Virus record (IMG/VR): IMGVR_UViG_2651869781_000013
Strand: one strand, 5' to 3'
Length of the DNA stretch: 36,125 nucleotides
Source of the DNA: a virus
Lineage: Duplodnaviria; Heunggongvirae; Uroviricota; Caudoviricetes
Under the pieces are notes generated by a model. That model saw nothing but the letters and a program-made list of their open reading frames with translations. It had not been told where the DNA came from and made no database searches. Made by a program: the position numbers and the translations under genes. This document shows positions 1-10,767 of the stretch, one piece after another (position 1 is the first letter of the stretch; each line of letters starts with the position of its first letter).

Positions 1-258
1 ATGCAAACCGTTATTTTTGGTCGTCCGGGTTGCCCTTACTGTGTGCGTGCAAAAGATCTGGCTGAGAAATTGAGCAATGAACGCGATGATTTCCAGTATC
101 AGTATGTAGATATTCGTGCGGAAGGGATCACTAAAGAAGATCTACAACAAAAGGCAGGAAAACCCGTAGAAACCGTGCCGCAGATTTTTGTCGATCAGCA
201 ACATATCGGCGGCTATACCGATTTTGCTGCATGGGTGAAAGAGAATCTGGACGCCTGA
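1..258 (+). CDS. grxA: glutaredoxin 1
   Basis: 85-aa ORF with ATG start and the CPYC active-site motif (GRPGCPYCVRAK); matches recalled E. coli GrxA; followed by ybjM and ybjL as in the K-12 neighbourhood. Confidence 0.9.
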   Translation: MQTVIFGRPGCPYCVRAKDLAEKLSNERDDFQYQYVDIRAEGITKEDLQQKAGKPVETVPQIFVDQQHIGGYTDFAAWVKENLDA

Positions 259-287
259 TCGTCTGACAAGCCCTCGCGTTGAGGGCT

Positions 288-665
288 TTATTGATTTTTT
301 CTGTGCTGTGGTTTAAACAAACTACTGATAAATAAGAAACACAATGCCCCCAGCGCACACCAGAACACCGCACTTAATAACCATGCCAGCTCTTGCCAGA
401 ATGAGCGCGTCGGTGAAAAAAACAGCCGCATAATGAGCATCGAACAGGGTGCCGCCAGCATTGCGCCAAACAGAGGTTTCAGGACTTCTCTACGATGTGA
501 AAAGAAGCTGGCAACTGCACCAGGAAGAATGAAAAATAGCAAACCGATTTCAGGATGCCCGGCAGCCCGAAAAGCGCCTTTCATGTGCGTCGCCAGAAAA
601 AGACACACCACAATGAAGAGGACAAAACAGCAAATTGCCCCCGCCCAACGTTGTTTATGTTTCAC
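288..665 (-). CDS. ybjM: small inner-membrane protein YbjM
   Basis: 125-aa hydrophobic ORF with GTG start, located between grxA and ybjL as in E. coli; recalled identity, not searched. Confidence 0.6.
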   Translation of the reverse strand: MKHKQRWAGAICCFVLFIVVCLFLATHMKGAFRAAGHPEIGLLFFILPGAVASFFSHRREVLKPLFGAMLAAPCSMLIMRLFFSPTRSFWQELAWLLSAVFWCALGALCFLFISSLFKPQHRKNQ

Positions 666-934
666 TCGTTCCTCCTGACACTGCGTCTATCGAACACATT
701 TTTCGCCAGTGTGGCGTTCAGTAAGATAAAGCCGCTTCGCATTCCATGCTAATATAGGCCAACGCAATTCATATAGCCGTTGATACCTAATGTGATTACA
801 CTAGTAAAATATATTGTTACTTTACTATCGTTTAGGTGCGCTGAATGAATCTGCGCCCTGAATTCTGGTAAAAAACATTATCGTAAATTACCATTTCTTT
901 CAACAGCTTACTAGTAAACAAGAAGTTAGCCTCC

Positions 935-2620
935 GTGAATATAAACGTCGCCGAATTGTTAAATGGGAATTACATTCTGTTATTATTTGTGGTCCTCGCG
1001 CTTGGGCTATGTCTCGGGAAATTACGACTTGGTTCGATCCAACTGGGTAATTCCATTGGCGTTTTAGTCGTATCGCTGTTATTAGGCCAACAACATTTCA
1101 GCATTAACACCGACGCGCTTAATCTTGGCTTTATGCTGTTTATTTTCTGCGTCGGGGTCGAAGCCGGACCGAACTTTTTTTCCATTTTTTTTCGCGATGG
1201 GAAAAATTACCTAATGTTAGCACTGGTGATGGTTGGCAGTGCGCTGGTGATCGCCTTAGGGTTAGGTAAGCTGTTTGGCTGGGATATTGGCCTGACGGCC
1301 GGTATGTTAGCTGGCTCTATGACGTCGACACCGGTTCTGGTCGGTGCTGGCGATACACTGCGTCATTCCGGCATGGAAAGCAGGCAGCTCTCACTGGCAC
1401 TGGATAATCTGAGCCTCGGGTATGCCTTAACCTATTTAATCGGTCTGGTGAGTTTGATTGTTGGTGCGCGTTACTTGCCGAAATTGCAGCATCAGGACTT
1501 ACAGACCAGCGCCCAGCAAATCGCCCGCGAACGTGGTCTGGACACTGATGCCAACCGTAAGGTTTATTTACCGGTGATCCGCGCCTACCGCGTCGGCCCG
1601 GAGCTGGTGGCCTGGACCGACGGCAAAAATCTGCGTGAACTGGGTATTTATCGACAAACTGGCTGCTACATTGAACGTATTCGACGTAACGGGATTCTGG
1701 CGAATCCAGACGGTGATGCTGTGCTACAAATGGGCGATGAAATAGCGTTGGTAGGCTATCCCGACGCCCACGCACGACTCGATCCCAGCTTCCGTAACGG
1801 CAAAGAAGTTTTCGATCGTGACCTTCTCGACATGCGTATCGTCACTGAAGAAGTGGTCGTTAAAAACCATAACGCCGTGGGCAAACGTCTCGCACAACTG
1901 AAGTTGACCGATCACGGTTGCTTCCTTAACCGCGTCATTCGTAGCCAGATTGAGATGCCGATAGATGACAACGTCGTGCTTAACAAAGGTGACGTTTTAC
2001 AAGTCAGCGGCGATGCCCGTCGCGTAAAAACCATCGCCGATCGCATCGGCTTTATCTCGATTCACAGCCAGGTCACTGACTTGCTGGCATTCTGCGCCTT
2101 CTTTGTTATTGGGCTGATGATCGGGATGATCACCTTCCAGTTCAGCACATTCAGTTTCGGCATGGGGAACGCTGCCGGGTTGTTATTCGCCGGAATTATG
2201 CTGGGATTTATGCGCGCTAACCACCCGACCTTCGGTTACATTCCGCAGGGTGCATTAAGCATGGTGAAAGAGTTCGGCTTAATGGTGTTTATGGCAGGCG
2301 TTGGTCTGAGCGCCGGTAGCGGTATTAATAACGGCCTGGGCGCGATTGGCGGTCAGATGTTGATTGCCGGATTGATTGTCAGTCTTGTGCCAGTGGTTAT
2401 CTGTTTCTTGTTCGGTGCTTATGTATTGCGAATGAACCGCGCACTGTTGTTCGGCGCAATGATGGGCGCACGCACCTGCGCGCCGGCAATGGAGATCATC
2501 AGTGATACAGCTCGCAGTAACATCCCGGCGCTGGGCTATGCGGGCACCTATGCAATCGCCAACGTCCTGCTGACGCTGGCAGGGACAATCATCGTCATGG
2601 TATGGCCAGGATTAGGATAA
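935..2620 (+). CDS. ybjL: putative AAE-family transporter YbjL
   Basis: 561-aa polytopic membrane protein with hydrophobic N- and C-terminal halves around a central soluble region, as in YbjL/YidE; apparent GTG start; host synteny. Confidence 0.8.
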
Positions 2621-2732
2621 AACTGAAGTTGCCCTGAAAATGAAATTTTTTTGCACAACCGCAGAACTTTTCCGCAGGGCATCAGTCTTAATTAGTGCCA
2701 CTGCTTTTCTTTGATGTCCCCATTTTGTGGAG

Positions 2733-2779
2733 CCCATCAACCCCGCCATTTCGGTTCAAGGTTGATGGGTTTTTTGTTG
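2733..2779 (+). terminator. rho-independent terminator downstream of ybjL
   Basis: Inverted repeat cccatcaacc / ggttgatggg (2733-2742 and 2760-2769) followed by a T-run tttttt (2770-2775). Confidence 0.5.
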
Positions 2780-2833
2780 CCTGAAATTTATGCTGTTTAA
2801 AATCATGATGTTAGAAGCACTGTTTTTTAACGA

Positions 2834-2855
2834 TGGCGACAAAATGGCGGCAGCG
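2834..2855. repeat. attR core (prophage right junction)
   Basis: 21/22 identity with 36086-36107; lies immediately after the ogr stop codon, where attP sits in P2. Confidence 0.7.
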
Positions 2856-3074
2856 TCAAAGAGAGAGCGCCACCTGCCCTGATTTCATTGGATGCGGCTG
2901 AACCGGATTTGACTCTTTTGGCGTTGCAATCGAACGAACAAAAGTTTCATGGGTAACAAAAGTATGGCTGCAGTTAATGTTCTGGCACTGGTTGTAACGC
3001 TCTTTGGTCAATGAAGATACCTGAAAACTGCTGCGAGTATGGGCGGCACTTCCACACAGTGGGCAAATCATCAT
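2856..3074 (-). CDS. ogr: late-gene transcription activator Ogr (zinc finger)
   Basis: 72 aa from ATG at 3074 (MMICPLCGSAAHTR...CQNINCSHTF) with CxxC...CxxxxC; RBS GGGGAG upstream; the ORF-track start at 3107 is a GTG extension. Confidence 0.85.
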   Translation of the reverse strand: MMICPLCGSAAHTRSSFQVSSLTKERYNQCQNINCSHTFVTHETFVRSIATPKESNPVQPHPMKSGQVALSL

Positions 3075-3164
3075 TTTTCGAGTTCTCCCCATTTTTGCTA
3101 AATTCACAACAATGATACCGTATTATTCCATTTTGCAAACTTAAAAGTTCTCCATTGCGAAGAA

Positions 3165-4265
3165 TCATTCCATTTCGAAATCATCAATCCTCACTTCAAG
3201 CTCCAGACTGGTCGTAAAACCGTTATCCGGGCTGACAGTATGCGTCAGGGTGGTAATGGTCCATTCCGCATCATCTATCGGCTGTTTAAAACCACTGACT
3301 TTTACAGGCATTTCCGTGTAGAGATCTGCCCGACCTTCTGCCAGTTGTAGCGAGAATGACGCAACGCCGCGTTGCAGGCGTTCCCACTGCATTTTCGCCG
3401 CCCGTTCGGCGTTGCTCCGGTTGGCATAGGTGCGATTAAGTACCAGCACGTTTTCATCTGTACCCACCAGGTAATCGCCCTGCTTCGCTTCCGGCTCTTT
3501 CTTCTGCTTCTTAGTCCTGCGCTTACGCTTCACCGTGGTGCTTTCTTTCTTCGCAGGTTCGCGGGTATGCAACCAGCTGGCAATTACGCCCGTGTAGGCT
3601 CCGCGATCTGCCAGGGTAAATCGGTGACTGTCGCCGTCCTTGCGTGTGATAGTGATCACTGGCAGAGGTTTACCAGTGGCGCTTTTGCCCTGCCCCTGCC
3701 GGATGAATAACAGATTGCCATTTTTCACCGACGCGATGGCACCGTACTGTCGCGCCAGCCGCATCAGAAAACTGCCGTCACTCTCATTAGTCTGGTCTAT
3801 ATGCTCCACTGGCTTATCCGACAGGTCTTTACCCAGTGCCATCTTCAGCTTGTGCCGCGCGGCTATTTCCTTCACCACTTCCCCGACGGTGGTCTTGTGC
3901 CACGACTTTTCACGGCGGGTATTCAGCGTTTCACGAAAATCAGCACTTCGCGCCCGGATAGTCAGGCGGTCCGGTGCGCCAGTGTGTTCAATCTCGTCCA
4001 CCGTGAATGCCCCTTTCGGGAAAAGCGGCTGCCCCTTCCAGCCCAGCGCCAGCGTAATAACCGCACCACGGCGCGGCAGCACGATTTTTCCGTCAGCGTC
4101 ATCCAGCTCCAGATCAAGCTGGTCCGCTTCAAAGCCCCGGTTATCCATCAGCGTCAAACTCATCAGGCGGTTATCCAGCACAGTGGTGATATCCCTGCCC
4201 TCAATACTGATGCTGAATGCGGGAGTTTTGTTGCCTTTGTTAAGCAGTTCAGAGCTGAAATTCAC
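3165..4265 (-). CDS. D: tail protein gpD
   Basis: 366 aa, recalled similarity to P2 gpD (NRGFEADQLDLELDDADG ... VKVSGFK); GTG start overlapping the U stop (GTGA). Confidence 0.85.
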   Translation of the reverse strand: MNFSSELLNKGNKTPAFSISIEGRDITTVLDNRLMSLTLMDNRGFEADQLDLELDDADGKIVLPRRGAVITLALGWKGQPLFPKGAFTVDEIEHTGAPDRLTIRARSADFRETLNTRREKSWHKTTVGEVVKEIAARHKLKMALGKDLSDKPVEHIDQTNESDGSFLMRLARQYGAIASVKNGNLLFIRQGQGKSATGKPLPVITITRKDGDSHRFTLADRGAYTGVIASWLHTREPAKKESTTVKRKRRTKKQKKEPEAKQGDYLVGTDENVLVLNRTYANRSNAERAAKMQWERLQRGVASFSLQLAEGRADLYTEMPVKVSGFKQPIDDAEWTITTLTHTVSPDNGFTTSLELEVRIDDFEME

Positions 4266-4747
4266 GACAGCAGCCCTCCCACCGTTTTACTGATATCGCT
4301 TAAGGCAGACGTTGCCGTGTCCTGCAGATTATTCAGTTGCGCACTGAGATCACCGAACATATCGGACAGGGATTCATCCACTCGTTTGAGCGACAGGGTG
4401 AACTCAATCCGACGCGGCATACCGTCGCGGAAAAACTCCGTTTTAGTCTGATTCAGTCCCTCAATCACATACATGCCGTAAATCGTGCCGCTGCCTTCAA
4501 TCAGGGGCCATGCTTTCCCCTGTTCTGCCATCTGCTCCAGTGCCAGCAACGACAGCCTGCCGCCTGTTATTTCCGGCATAAGAACACCGGAAAGCGTCAG
4601 CATGTCGTTTTCCGGTCCCAGAAACTGCGTGGACGGACGTCGGTTTACCCGGCTGTTTGCCGCATGTCGCCAGCTGCGTTGATACTGCAGTTCCTGATAC
4701 GGAACGGTGCGCAGCATAAACACGTACAATCCCAGCACCATCATCAT
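4262..4747 (-). CDS. U: tail protein gpU
   Basis: 161 aa, ATG start overlapping the T stop (ATGA); P2 gene order T-U-D. Confidence 0.8.
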   Translation of the reverse strand: MMMVLGLYVFMLRTVPYQELQYQRSWRHAANSRVNRRPSTQFLGPENDMLTLSGVLMPEITGGRLSLLALEQMAEQGKAWPLIEGSGTIYGMYVIEGLNQTKTEFFRDGMPRRIEFTLSLKRVDESLSDMFGDLSAQLNNLQDTATSALSDISKTVGGLLS

Positions 4748-7700
4748 GCGTCGTATCCCCCCTGATCGCTGTAGTTACTCCTGGCTTTTGCCTTCAGCCT
4801 GCGTTCACGTTCATCAAGCTGGCGTGCCACCTCCCGCGCAATATCCTGCGCACTTTGTCCTGGCTGCGTCTGAATGATGATCTGCGTCGGTGCCTCAATC
4901 CGTTGAACGAGCGGCACAGTGGCTGCGCGACTCACAATTGCTTCTCCACCTTTCGCGGGAAGTGCCAAAGGGTGCAACGGTGGAAGCTCTGCTGGCGCGG
5001 CAGCAACGCCCATCATTCCGGCAACAACGGCAGCCAGTGCAGCTGTATTTCTCCGGCTGGTCACATTTGCCGGGCCGTTAACAATTTCCGGCCCGTTTTC
5101 ACCGACGATGCCAAACTGCCCGCGCGGGATATACCCGCCGCTGTCATACATCCCCGCAAAGCCATATCCCCATGATGGAAAACCACCCGATGGCATCATC
5201 ACTTTACCGTCTGCATTCACCGTCACAGGTTGCTGACGCGTCACGCTTTCCGGCAGTTTTGCCTTTGCGGCCTCTTTACTGACAATGCCGAGCTTCTCCA
5301 GCAACCAGGAAACGCCGGATTTCAGGGAGTCCAGCGGATGCATGACCATATTCAGCCCTTCCGCCAGTGCCTCCCCGAATCGCCGCCCCATTGCCGCTGC
5401 GCTCTGCAGTTCGGCAGAGGTCGACTTAACGGGCGTCAGCAGATCAGTAAACCAGCCCCACAGCGCCTGCACTTTGTCGCCAATCCACTGGAACACGGGC
5501 TTAAGCGGTTCGAACGCTGCACTGATGGGACCTGCCGCCGCTTTGAATCCTTCCACCACGCCACCGAGAAATGCGGTGATGGGTTGCCAGTATTTCCAGA
5601 CAACCAGCGCCACGCCCGCCAGTGCAGTAACCACAAGACCTATCGGACTGAGCAGAGCACCTAACAGACCAGATATGGCATACAGGGCAACGCGCAGCAT
5701 CGCCAGTGGACCAGATGCCAGTACTCGCAGCACCGTGCCTGCGGCGGCCAGTCCACCGCGCAGTACCGCCAGAGGATTCATAAACATCACAGCAACAGCA
5801 CGTAAACCGGATAATCCAGACCGCAAAAGTGCAACCGGCGCACCTGCTACAGTTTTCAGGACATTTCCCGTCAGTGATGCCGTGCGGCGCAAAGACGACA
5901 ACGGCGCAGTAAGTAAACCTGCGGCGTTGCCCGATGAAGCAAGCCCGCGTCGCAGCAGTGCCAGTGGTGCGCCAGCCAGCCAGGACAACGCGCTGCTGGT
6001 TCGAGTTACTGCTGCCGTAACGGAAGATAACGTTTTGATACCCAACACAGAGAATCCCAGACGGATCACTGCCAGCGGCCCCAGCACTGCAGCCAGCGCC
6101 ACCGCTAAGGTGCCGAGGCCGACGGTAACCGCAGCCACAACAGCCGATGCTTTCATCAGTGTGCCTGTCAGTTCCGGGTTAGCTTCCACCCAGCGACGCA
6201 ACGCCCCCGTGACGCTTTTCACCGTGTACAGAATATCCATCAGCGGCTGGCGCAGCGTTTCGCCCAGGCTGCTGAAGGTGTTCTGCGCTCCGGTTTTGAC
6301 CAGCAACCACTGCGCAGAAAGTGAATCCTTGTTAATGTCGGATTCTTTCTGCATGGAGCCGAGCGCATCATTGCCCGCTGTCAGTTTTAACTGACGCTGC
6401 AGTTCCGGCAGGTTGTTTGCCAGTTTCGCCGCGTCATCGCCAAACTCTTTACCAAACAACATAGTCATGGCAGACAGGCGCTTGTCCTGCGGCAGCGCGT
6501 TTACCTTCTCCAGCACGCGCTGGATGGTTCCCATCGCATCCTTCGTCATCTGCTTTTCAATCACTTCAGGATTGAGTTTCAGCAGATTCATCCCTTCAAA
6601 GAAACTCTTGCTTTGCATGGTGGCAATGGACAATTCACGCACCATCGCGTTTGCTGCACTGGCTGCAACCTCTGGCGCAGCGCCCAGTGTCAGGAAGGTG
6701 GAACCCAGCGCCGCCGCTTTACGATAATCCAGACGATCAGCCACACCGCCCAGACGTTGCATCACATCAATGATGTCTGCCCCTTTCGACATGGCGTTAT
6801 CATCCAGATAGTTCAGCGCATCACCGAGCTGTTCAATATTGCGGGTGGGGATTTTGTAGAGCTGGGCGATTTTCCCCAGACTTTCTGACAGTTCATCCGC
6901 TGGCAGCTCAAAGGCTGTTGCCGCCTTTGCTGCCGTACTGGCGAAGGCCAGCAGGTCACGTTTCTGATCTTCCCAGCTGTCGTCAGGGTTTGCGACGTTC
7001 ATGCGCGCACCACCTTCAACCAGTGCAGCGAAGTCCACCGCACCGTTTTCCATCGGCAACTGTTCGCTGGCAGCCTTGATGGCATCCTGCATTTCATAAA
7101 AACGTGCAGTGCGGTTGCCATTATCGTCACGCAGACCATTGACCTGCTTTGCCACACCTTTCATGGCATCTTCCATGCTGGTATAGCTTTTTACTGCCGC
7201 CATCACTGGCGCACCCATTGCCAGCCCTGCAGCCGTGGTGGTGGCTCCGGCACCTGCAATACGATCACGCACCTCCAGCGAACGGGCATAACTGGCACGC
7301 GCTGCATTCATCCTGCGCTGAGCTTCCCCCAGTCGCTTCAGCCGCGCCTCCTGTTTCGAAAGTTCCTGGTTATAACGTGATGTTTCACGGGCTAAACGGG
7401 CAGTTGCTCCCGCATCGTCTTTCGCAGAAATTCCCGCCCGGTACAGTTCAGCACGCACAAGCGCCGTCTGCTGCTGCAGCTTTTTCTGGCGTTCTTCCAG
7501 GCGCTGAACAGCCAGCCGTTGACGGCCCAGAGCAACAACCTGACGTTGCGAAGGCGGCCCCATCGCTCCCAGTTCCTGACTGAGCAAATTTGCACGCTGG
7601 CGGGCATAGTTCAGCCTGTCGCCTAATTTCTGATTTTCTGCCTGCAGCTTTCGGAAGCTGTCCAGACTGCTCCCGGCCTGATCAAGCTGCTTTATTGCAT

Positions 7701-7821
7701 CGCGGGATTTTTTGACAGCAGCAGCCAGTTCTCTTGAACTGGCCTGCGCAGATCGAAATGGGCGGGTGAGCTTGTCAACCGCATTAAGAATGACCTGCAG
7801 ACGCAGGTTGTTATCACTCAT
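4744..7821 (-). CDS. T: tail tape measure protein gpT
   Basis: 1025 aa, coiled-coil N-terminus and Ala/Gly/Leu-rich hydrophobic middle typical of tape measure proteins; position between E/E' and U. Confidence 0.85.
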   Translation of the reverse strand: MSDNNLRLQVILNAVDKLTRPFRSAQASSRELAAAVKKSRDAIKQLDQAGSSLDSFRKLQAENQKLGDRLNYARQRANLLSQELGAMGPPSQRQVVALGRQRLAVQRLEERQKKLQQQTALVRAELYRAGISAKDDAGATARLARETSRYNQELSKQEARLKRLGEAQRRMNAARASYARSLEVRDRIAGAGATTTAAGLAMGAPVMAAVKSYTSMEDAMKGVAKQVNGLRDDNGNRTARFYEMQDAIKAASEQLPMENGAVDFAALVEGGARMNVANPDDSWEDQKRDLLAFASTAAKAATAFELPADELSESLGKIAQLYKIPTRNIEQLGDALNYLDDNAMSKGADIIDVMQRLGGVADRLDYRKAAALGSTFLTLGAAPEVAASAANAMVRELSIATMQSKSFFEGMNLLKLNPEVIEKQMTKDAMGTIQRVLEKVNALPQDKRLSAMTMLFGKEFGDDAAKLANNLPELQRQLKLTAGNDALGSMQKESDINKDSLSAQWLLVKTGAQNTFSSLGETLRQPLMDILYTVKSVTGALRRWVEANPELTGTLMKASAVVAAVTVGLGTLAVALAAVLGPLAVIRLGFSVLGIKTLSSVTAAVTRTSSALSWLAGAPLALLRRGLASSGNAAGLLTAPLSSLRRTASLTGNVLKTVAGAPVALLRSGLSGLRAVAVMFMNPLAVLRGGLAAAGTVLRVLASGPLAMLRVALYAISGLLGALLSPIGLVVTALAGVALVVWKYWQPITAFLGGVVEGFKAAAGPISAAFEPLKPVFQWIGDKVQALWGWFTDLLTPVKSTSAELQSAAAMGRRFGEALAEGLNMVMHPLDSLKSGVSWLLEKLGIVSKEAAKAKLPESVTRQQPVTVNADGKVMMPSGGFPSWGYGFAGMYDSGGYIPRGQFGIVGENGPEIVNGPANVTSRRNTAALAAVVAGMMGVAAAPAELPPLHPLALPAKGGEAIVSRAATVPLVQRIEAPTQIIIQTQPGQSAQDIAREVARQLDERERRLKAKARSNYSDQGGYDA

Positions 7822-8250
7822 CGTTGGCCCCGCTTCTCTGAATCGCTTTATACCGCCATTCCAGCACTTCGGTCAGCGGCATAACGTCAGTAACGGATGG
7901 CGGCCAGTGAAAAATGGTGGCGATATCTGCCACCAGATCGTCAACCGTCAGGCTGTCGGTAAACCGGCAAGCACCGACTTCTTCAACAAAAAAGTGACAA
8001 CCTCAACCGACATGGCAGTGAGATCTGCCGGGTCCATCTCTGCAATTTCCTGTGCAGTCAGTGCCGGACTGGAGATGCGGGGGATCACGGTCATCATCGC
8101 GTTTACATCCATATCCATAATGGCCTGCAGGCGTGTACCGCGCAGCGCACCGGACTGCGGTTTACGCAGTACAATTTCGGTGATTTCTGTTTTACCGCGC
8201 TTGATGGGGGTATCCAGTTGAATGGTCTTTTCAGTCTGCTTATCGCTCAT
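7814..8250 (-). CDS. tail assembly chaperone gpE+E' (programmed -1 frameshift product)
   Basis: Slippery heptamer T TTT TTG at 7993-7987 (minus strand) in the E frame; the -1 frame is open for 59 further codons and its stop (7816-7814) overlaps the T start. Confidence 0.75.
7948..8250 (-). CDS. E: tail assembly chaperone gpE
   Basis: 100-aa ORF directly upstream of T; contains the slippery heptamer near its 3' end. Confidence 0.8.
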   Translation of the reverse strand: MSDKQTEKTIQLDTPIKRGKTEITEIVLRKPQSGALRGTRLQAIMDMDVNAMMTVIPRISSPALTAQEIAEMDPADLTAMSVEVVTFLLKKSVLAGLPTA

Positions 8251-8304
8251 TTTGCTGTCCTGTCAATTGGGTTCTGGCGCGGTATCCCGCGCCGTTCAGA
8301 TATA

Positions 8305-8820
8305 TCAGAGGCCGAGGGCGTTGCGGTGCGCTTCCATCAGGTCCACACCGTCCACAATTTCCACCATGTTGATAAGGTCCACTTCATAGAGCACCTCACC
8401 ATTGATGGTCAGCTTCGCGTAGCTGTTGGTACTGGTCACTTTGGTGGTGTTGCTTTCGCCCGTCTTCCACTCGCCGGAATCCACTTCTTTATGACGTCCA
8501 CGCACGACAAGCTCCACGGCCTGCACTTCCCCGGTATCGTCACGCTGAATAGAGCCGGTAAAGCGCAGCTGGATGCCATCCACCGTGGCTTTCCCCATCT
8601 GTTTAAACAGCAGCAATTCAGTACCACCAATGGAAAATTCTGTGTCCAGCGCACTGTCATCAAGCCCCAGATCCACATCCACCGCACCCGGCATTCCGCC
8701 GCCGCGATACTTCTCATATTTGCGGGTAAATTTCGGCAGCGTCAGCGACTCAACGATCCCCTGCCAGTTGTTCCCGTCGTTAAACAGGTTCAGGTGTTTT
8801 AATTTGCGTGGTAAAGCCAT
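8305..8820 (-). CDS. FII: tail tube protein gpFII
   Basis: 171 aa, ATG start with RBS GGGGA; position downstream of FI as in P2. Confidence 0.85.
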   Translation of the reverse strand: MALPRKLKHLNLFNDGNNWQGIVESLTLPKFTRKYEKYRGGGMPGAVDVDLGLDDSALDTEFSIGGTELLLFKQMGKATVDGIQLRFTGSIQRDDTGEVQAVELVVRGRHKEVDSGEWKTGESNTTKVTSTNSYAKLTINGEVLYEVDLINMVEIVDGVDLMEAHRNALGL

Positions 8821-8829
8821 GTTGTCCCC

Positions 8830-10002
8830 TTACGCGCTGACCTGGCTGGCGAAATTCACCAGGTACTGATCGGTGATGCGCTGACGCAGCATCAGGTTTT
8901 CAAGTGGCGGCACTGGCGTGTAGTCGTAGTCGATGGTGAGTTTTCCGGCTTTCAGCGTGTCTTTGTCGTTCACCGACTCATCCAGCCAGCAATCACCACC
9001 AATGAGATAGCCCTGACTGACCAGGCTGCGCATTTTGGCGCGGATACCCTCGATAATGTCGCGCGCCAGCGACGGGTTAAGCGGTTTATCCACCGCCCAC
9101 ATGTGTGCTTCTGCCATCGTGTCCATCAGCACCTGCGCCGTGCGGGTGTAGTTTTCGAAGGCAAAGAGCGGGTCATCACTCAGGCAGCGGGAACCCCAGA
9201 AGCGGAAACCGTCTTTACGCACAAGCGTGGTGACGTCGTTCTGGTTCAGCAGACCTGCATCGGTTGCCGGGTCCTGCAGATCCCAGAACACATCTGCAGA
9301 AATTCCGGTGACACCGTTCACGCCCACGTTGGACAGGCTTTTGTGCCATCCGGTCTGCTCGTCAATTTTGGCGCGCAGACCAAGCGCACGGGCGGTAGCA
9401 TATGCCGTTGCTTCGGCATTCAGCACCGTGTCCCAGCCAGTAAAGTCAGGCCAGATCAGCATCCCTTCGCGCTGGCTGAAGTTTTCGCGGTAAGTGATCG
9501 CCTCCTGCACTGTCTTGCAGCCATACGCTGACAGGTAAGCAAATCCACGCAGGCTTTGCGCCACGCTCAGCAACTCAGTAGCTACCGCCTTGGTGTCGTG
9601 GCCTGGCACGCCGAGAATGCGCGGTTTAACGCCGAGCTGTGACTGGGCAGATAACAGGGCTTTCATACCTGTTTTTTTACCTTCAGCAGTCACTGCGCCG
9701 ATGATATTGGTCGTGGTTTCGTCTTCCGTTTCACCCTGCGGCACACGCACAACAATGGTCACGGGTTTTGCCTGGTCAGCGATGGCATCCAGCGAACGGG
9801 CCAGAGTACCTGACTCACCCGCTTTACCGCTGGCAGTCAGCACATCAGTGATCAGCACGGGTTTATTAAGAGGAAACATTTTTGCATCGGCATCATCGCC
9901 CGTGCAGACCATACCCACGATGGCGGTGCTCACCGTGGTAATAGATCGGGTGCCTTCGTTGACTTCAACAACGCGCACCCCGTGGTGGTAATCCTGAGCC
10001 AT
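8830..10002 (-). CDS. FI: contractile tail sheath protein gpFI
   Basis: 390 aa, strong RBS AGGAGG; recalled similarity to P2 FI. Confidence 0.9.
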   Translation of the reverse strand: MAQDYHHGVRVVEVNEGTRSITTVSTAIVGMVCTGDDADAKMFPLNKPVLITDVLTASGKAGESGTLARSLDAIADQAKPVTIVVRVPQGETEDETTTNIIGAVTAEGKKTGMKALLSAQSQLGVKPRILGVPGHDTKAVATELLSVAQSLRGFAYLSAYGCKTVQEAITYRENFSQREGMLIWPDFTGWDTVLNAEATAYATARALGLRAKIDEQTGWHKSLSNVGVNGVTGISADVFWDLQDPATDAGLLNQNDVTTLVRKDGFRFWGSRCLSDDPLFAFENYTRTAQVLMDTMAEAHMWAVDKPLNPSLARDIIEGIRAKMRSLVSQGYLIGGDCWLDESVNDKDTLKAGKLTIDYDYTPVPPLENLMLRQRITDQYLVNFASQVSA

Positions 10003-10078
10003 AGTGGCGAACCTCCTGATTGGATTAGGCTTCGCCCTATGTTGAAGTGATTGTGCCTGACAAACAGCTAAGCGCAGT

Positions 10079-10096
10079 TGTGTCGTTATTCACACA
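10079..10096. promoter_or_regulatory. Ogr-type activator dyad TGT-N12-ACA of late promoter P_F
   Basis: TGTGTCGTTATTCACACA; centre about 85 bp upstream of the FI ATG. Confidence 0.55.
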
Positions 10097-10144
10097 AAAT
10101 AACGGTATTTGTCTGCTTGCAGGGATAATCAACATAATGCTGAT

Positions 10145-10711
10145 TCAGGGGGATTCATTGATCTTATTTGCCGGAAATTTTCTATAAATGGTAGAAACGC
10201 CTACATCAAAAATCAGTGCAATACGCTGTCTTGATTCTCCGGCCTCGAGTAAACGCCCAATCTGTGCCCACTGTTCGGTGGTCAACTTAGGACGGCGTCC
10301 ACCTACTCTGCCTTTGGCACGAGCTGCAGCCAGCCCTGCCCTGGTACGTTCAACTATCAGTTCGCGTTCCATTTCAGCCAGGGCACCCATGACATGAAAA
10401 AAGAAACGGCCCATTGGGGTACTGGTATCAATACTGTCAGTCAGGCTTCTGAAATTCACACCACGCTGGCGCAACTCTTCTATCAGCGTAACAAGATGTC
10501 GCATACTGCGCCCCAACCTGTCCAGCTTCCAGACAACCAGCGTGTCTCCTGCCGATAGTGTCCTGAGTAGTTTTTTCAGCCCCGGTCTGTCGGACTTAGT
10601 GCCACTGATTTTGTCCTCAAAAATCCGCTCACATCCCGCGCAGTTCAGTGCATTACGTTGCAAATCGGTGTTCTGGTCATTTGTTGACACGCGTACATAG
10701 CCAATAAGCAT
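10145..10711 (-). CDS. serine DNA invertase (Gin/Hin/Pin/Cin family)
   Basis: 188 aa from ATG 10711: MLIGYVRVSTNDQNTDLQ...DTLVVWKLDRLGRS...C-terminal HTH; closely resembles recalled Mu Gin; RBS GGGGGA. Confidence 0.9.
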   Translation of the reverse strand: MLIGYVRVSTNDQNTDLQRNALNCAGCERIFEDKISGTKSDRPGLKKLLRTLSAGDTLVVWKLDRLGRSMRHLVTLIEELRQRGVNFRSLTDSIDTSTPMGRFFFHVMGALAEMERELIVERTRAGLAAARAKGRVGGRRPKLTTEQWAQIGRLLEAGESRQRIALIFDVGVSTIYRKFPANKINESP

Positions 10712-10767
10712 GATCATCCCCCTGAATAAAAACCGGAGATGATGCCAGTTAGCTGTTACCTCTGCAT

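Noticed and set aside
433-752. Plus-strand ORFs of 81 and 65 aa
   Set aside because: They overlap ybjM on the opposite strand and its downstream region; no RBS; likely spurious.
2821-2860. Possible tRNA or tmRNA gene at the attachment site
   Set aside because: Many integrases target tRNA 3' ends, but I see no cloverleaf-like pairing or CCA-proximal acceptor stem around either att copy.
3640-4451. Plus-strand ORFs of 217 and 216 aa
   Set aside because: Antisense to gpD and gpU, whose identity and operon context are strong.
5285-6394. 369-aa plus-strand ORF (and neighbours 4855..5175, 5230..5664, 6413..6727)
   Set aside because: Antisense to the tape measure gene T in a GC-rich region; Pro/Ser/Ala/Arg-rich low-complexity translation with no start context; typical shadow ORFs.
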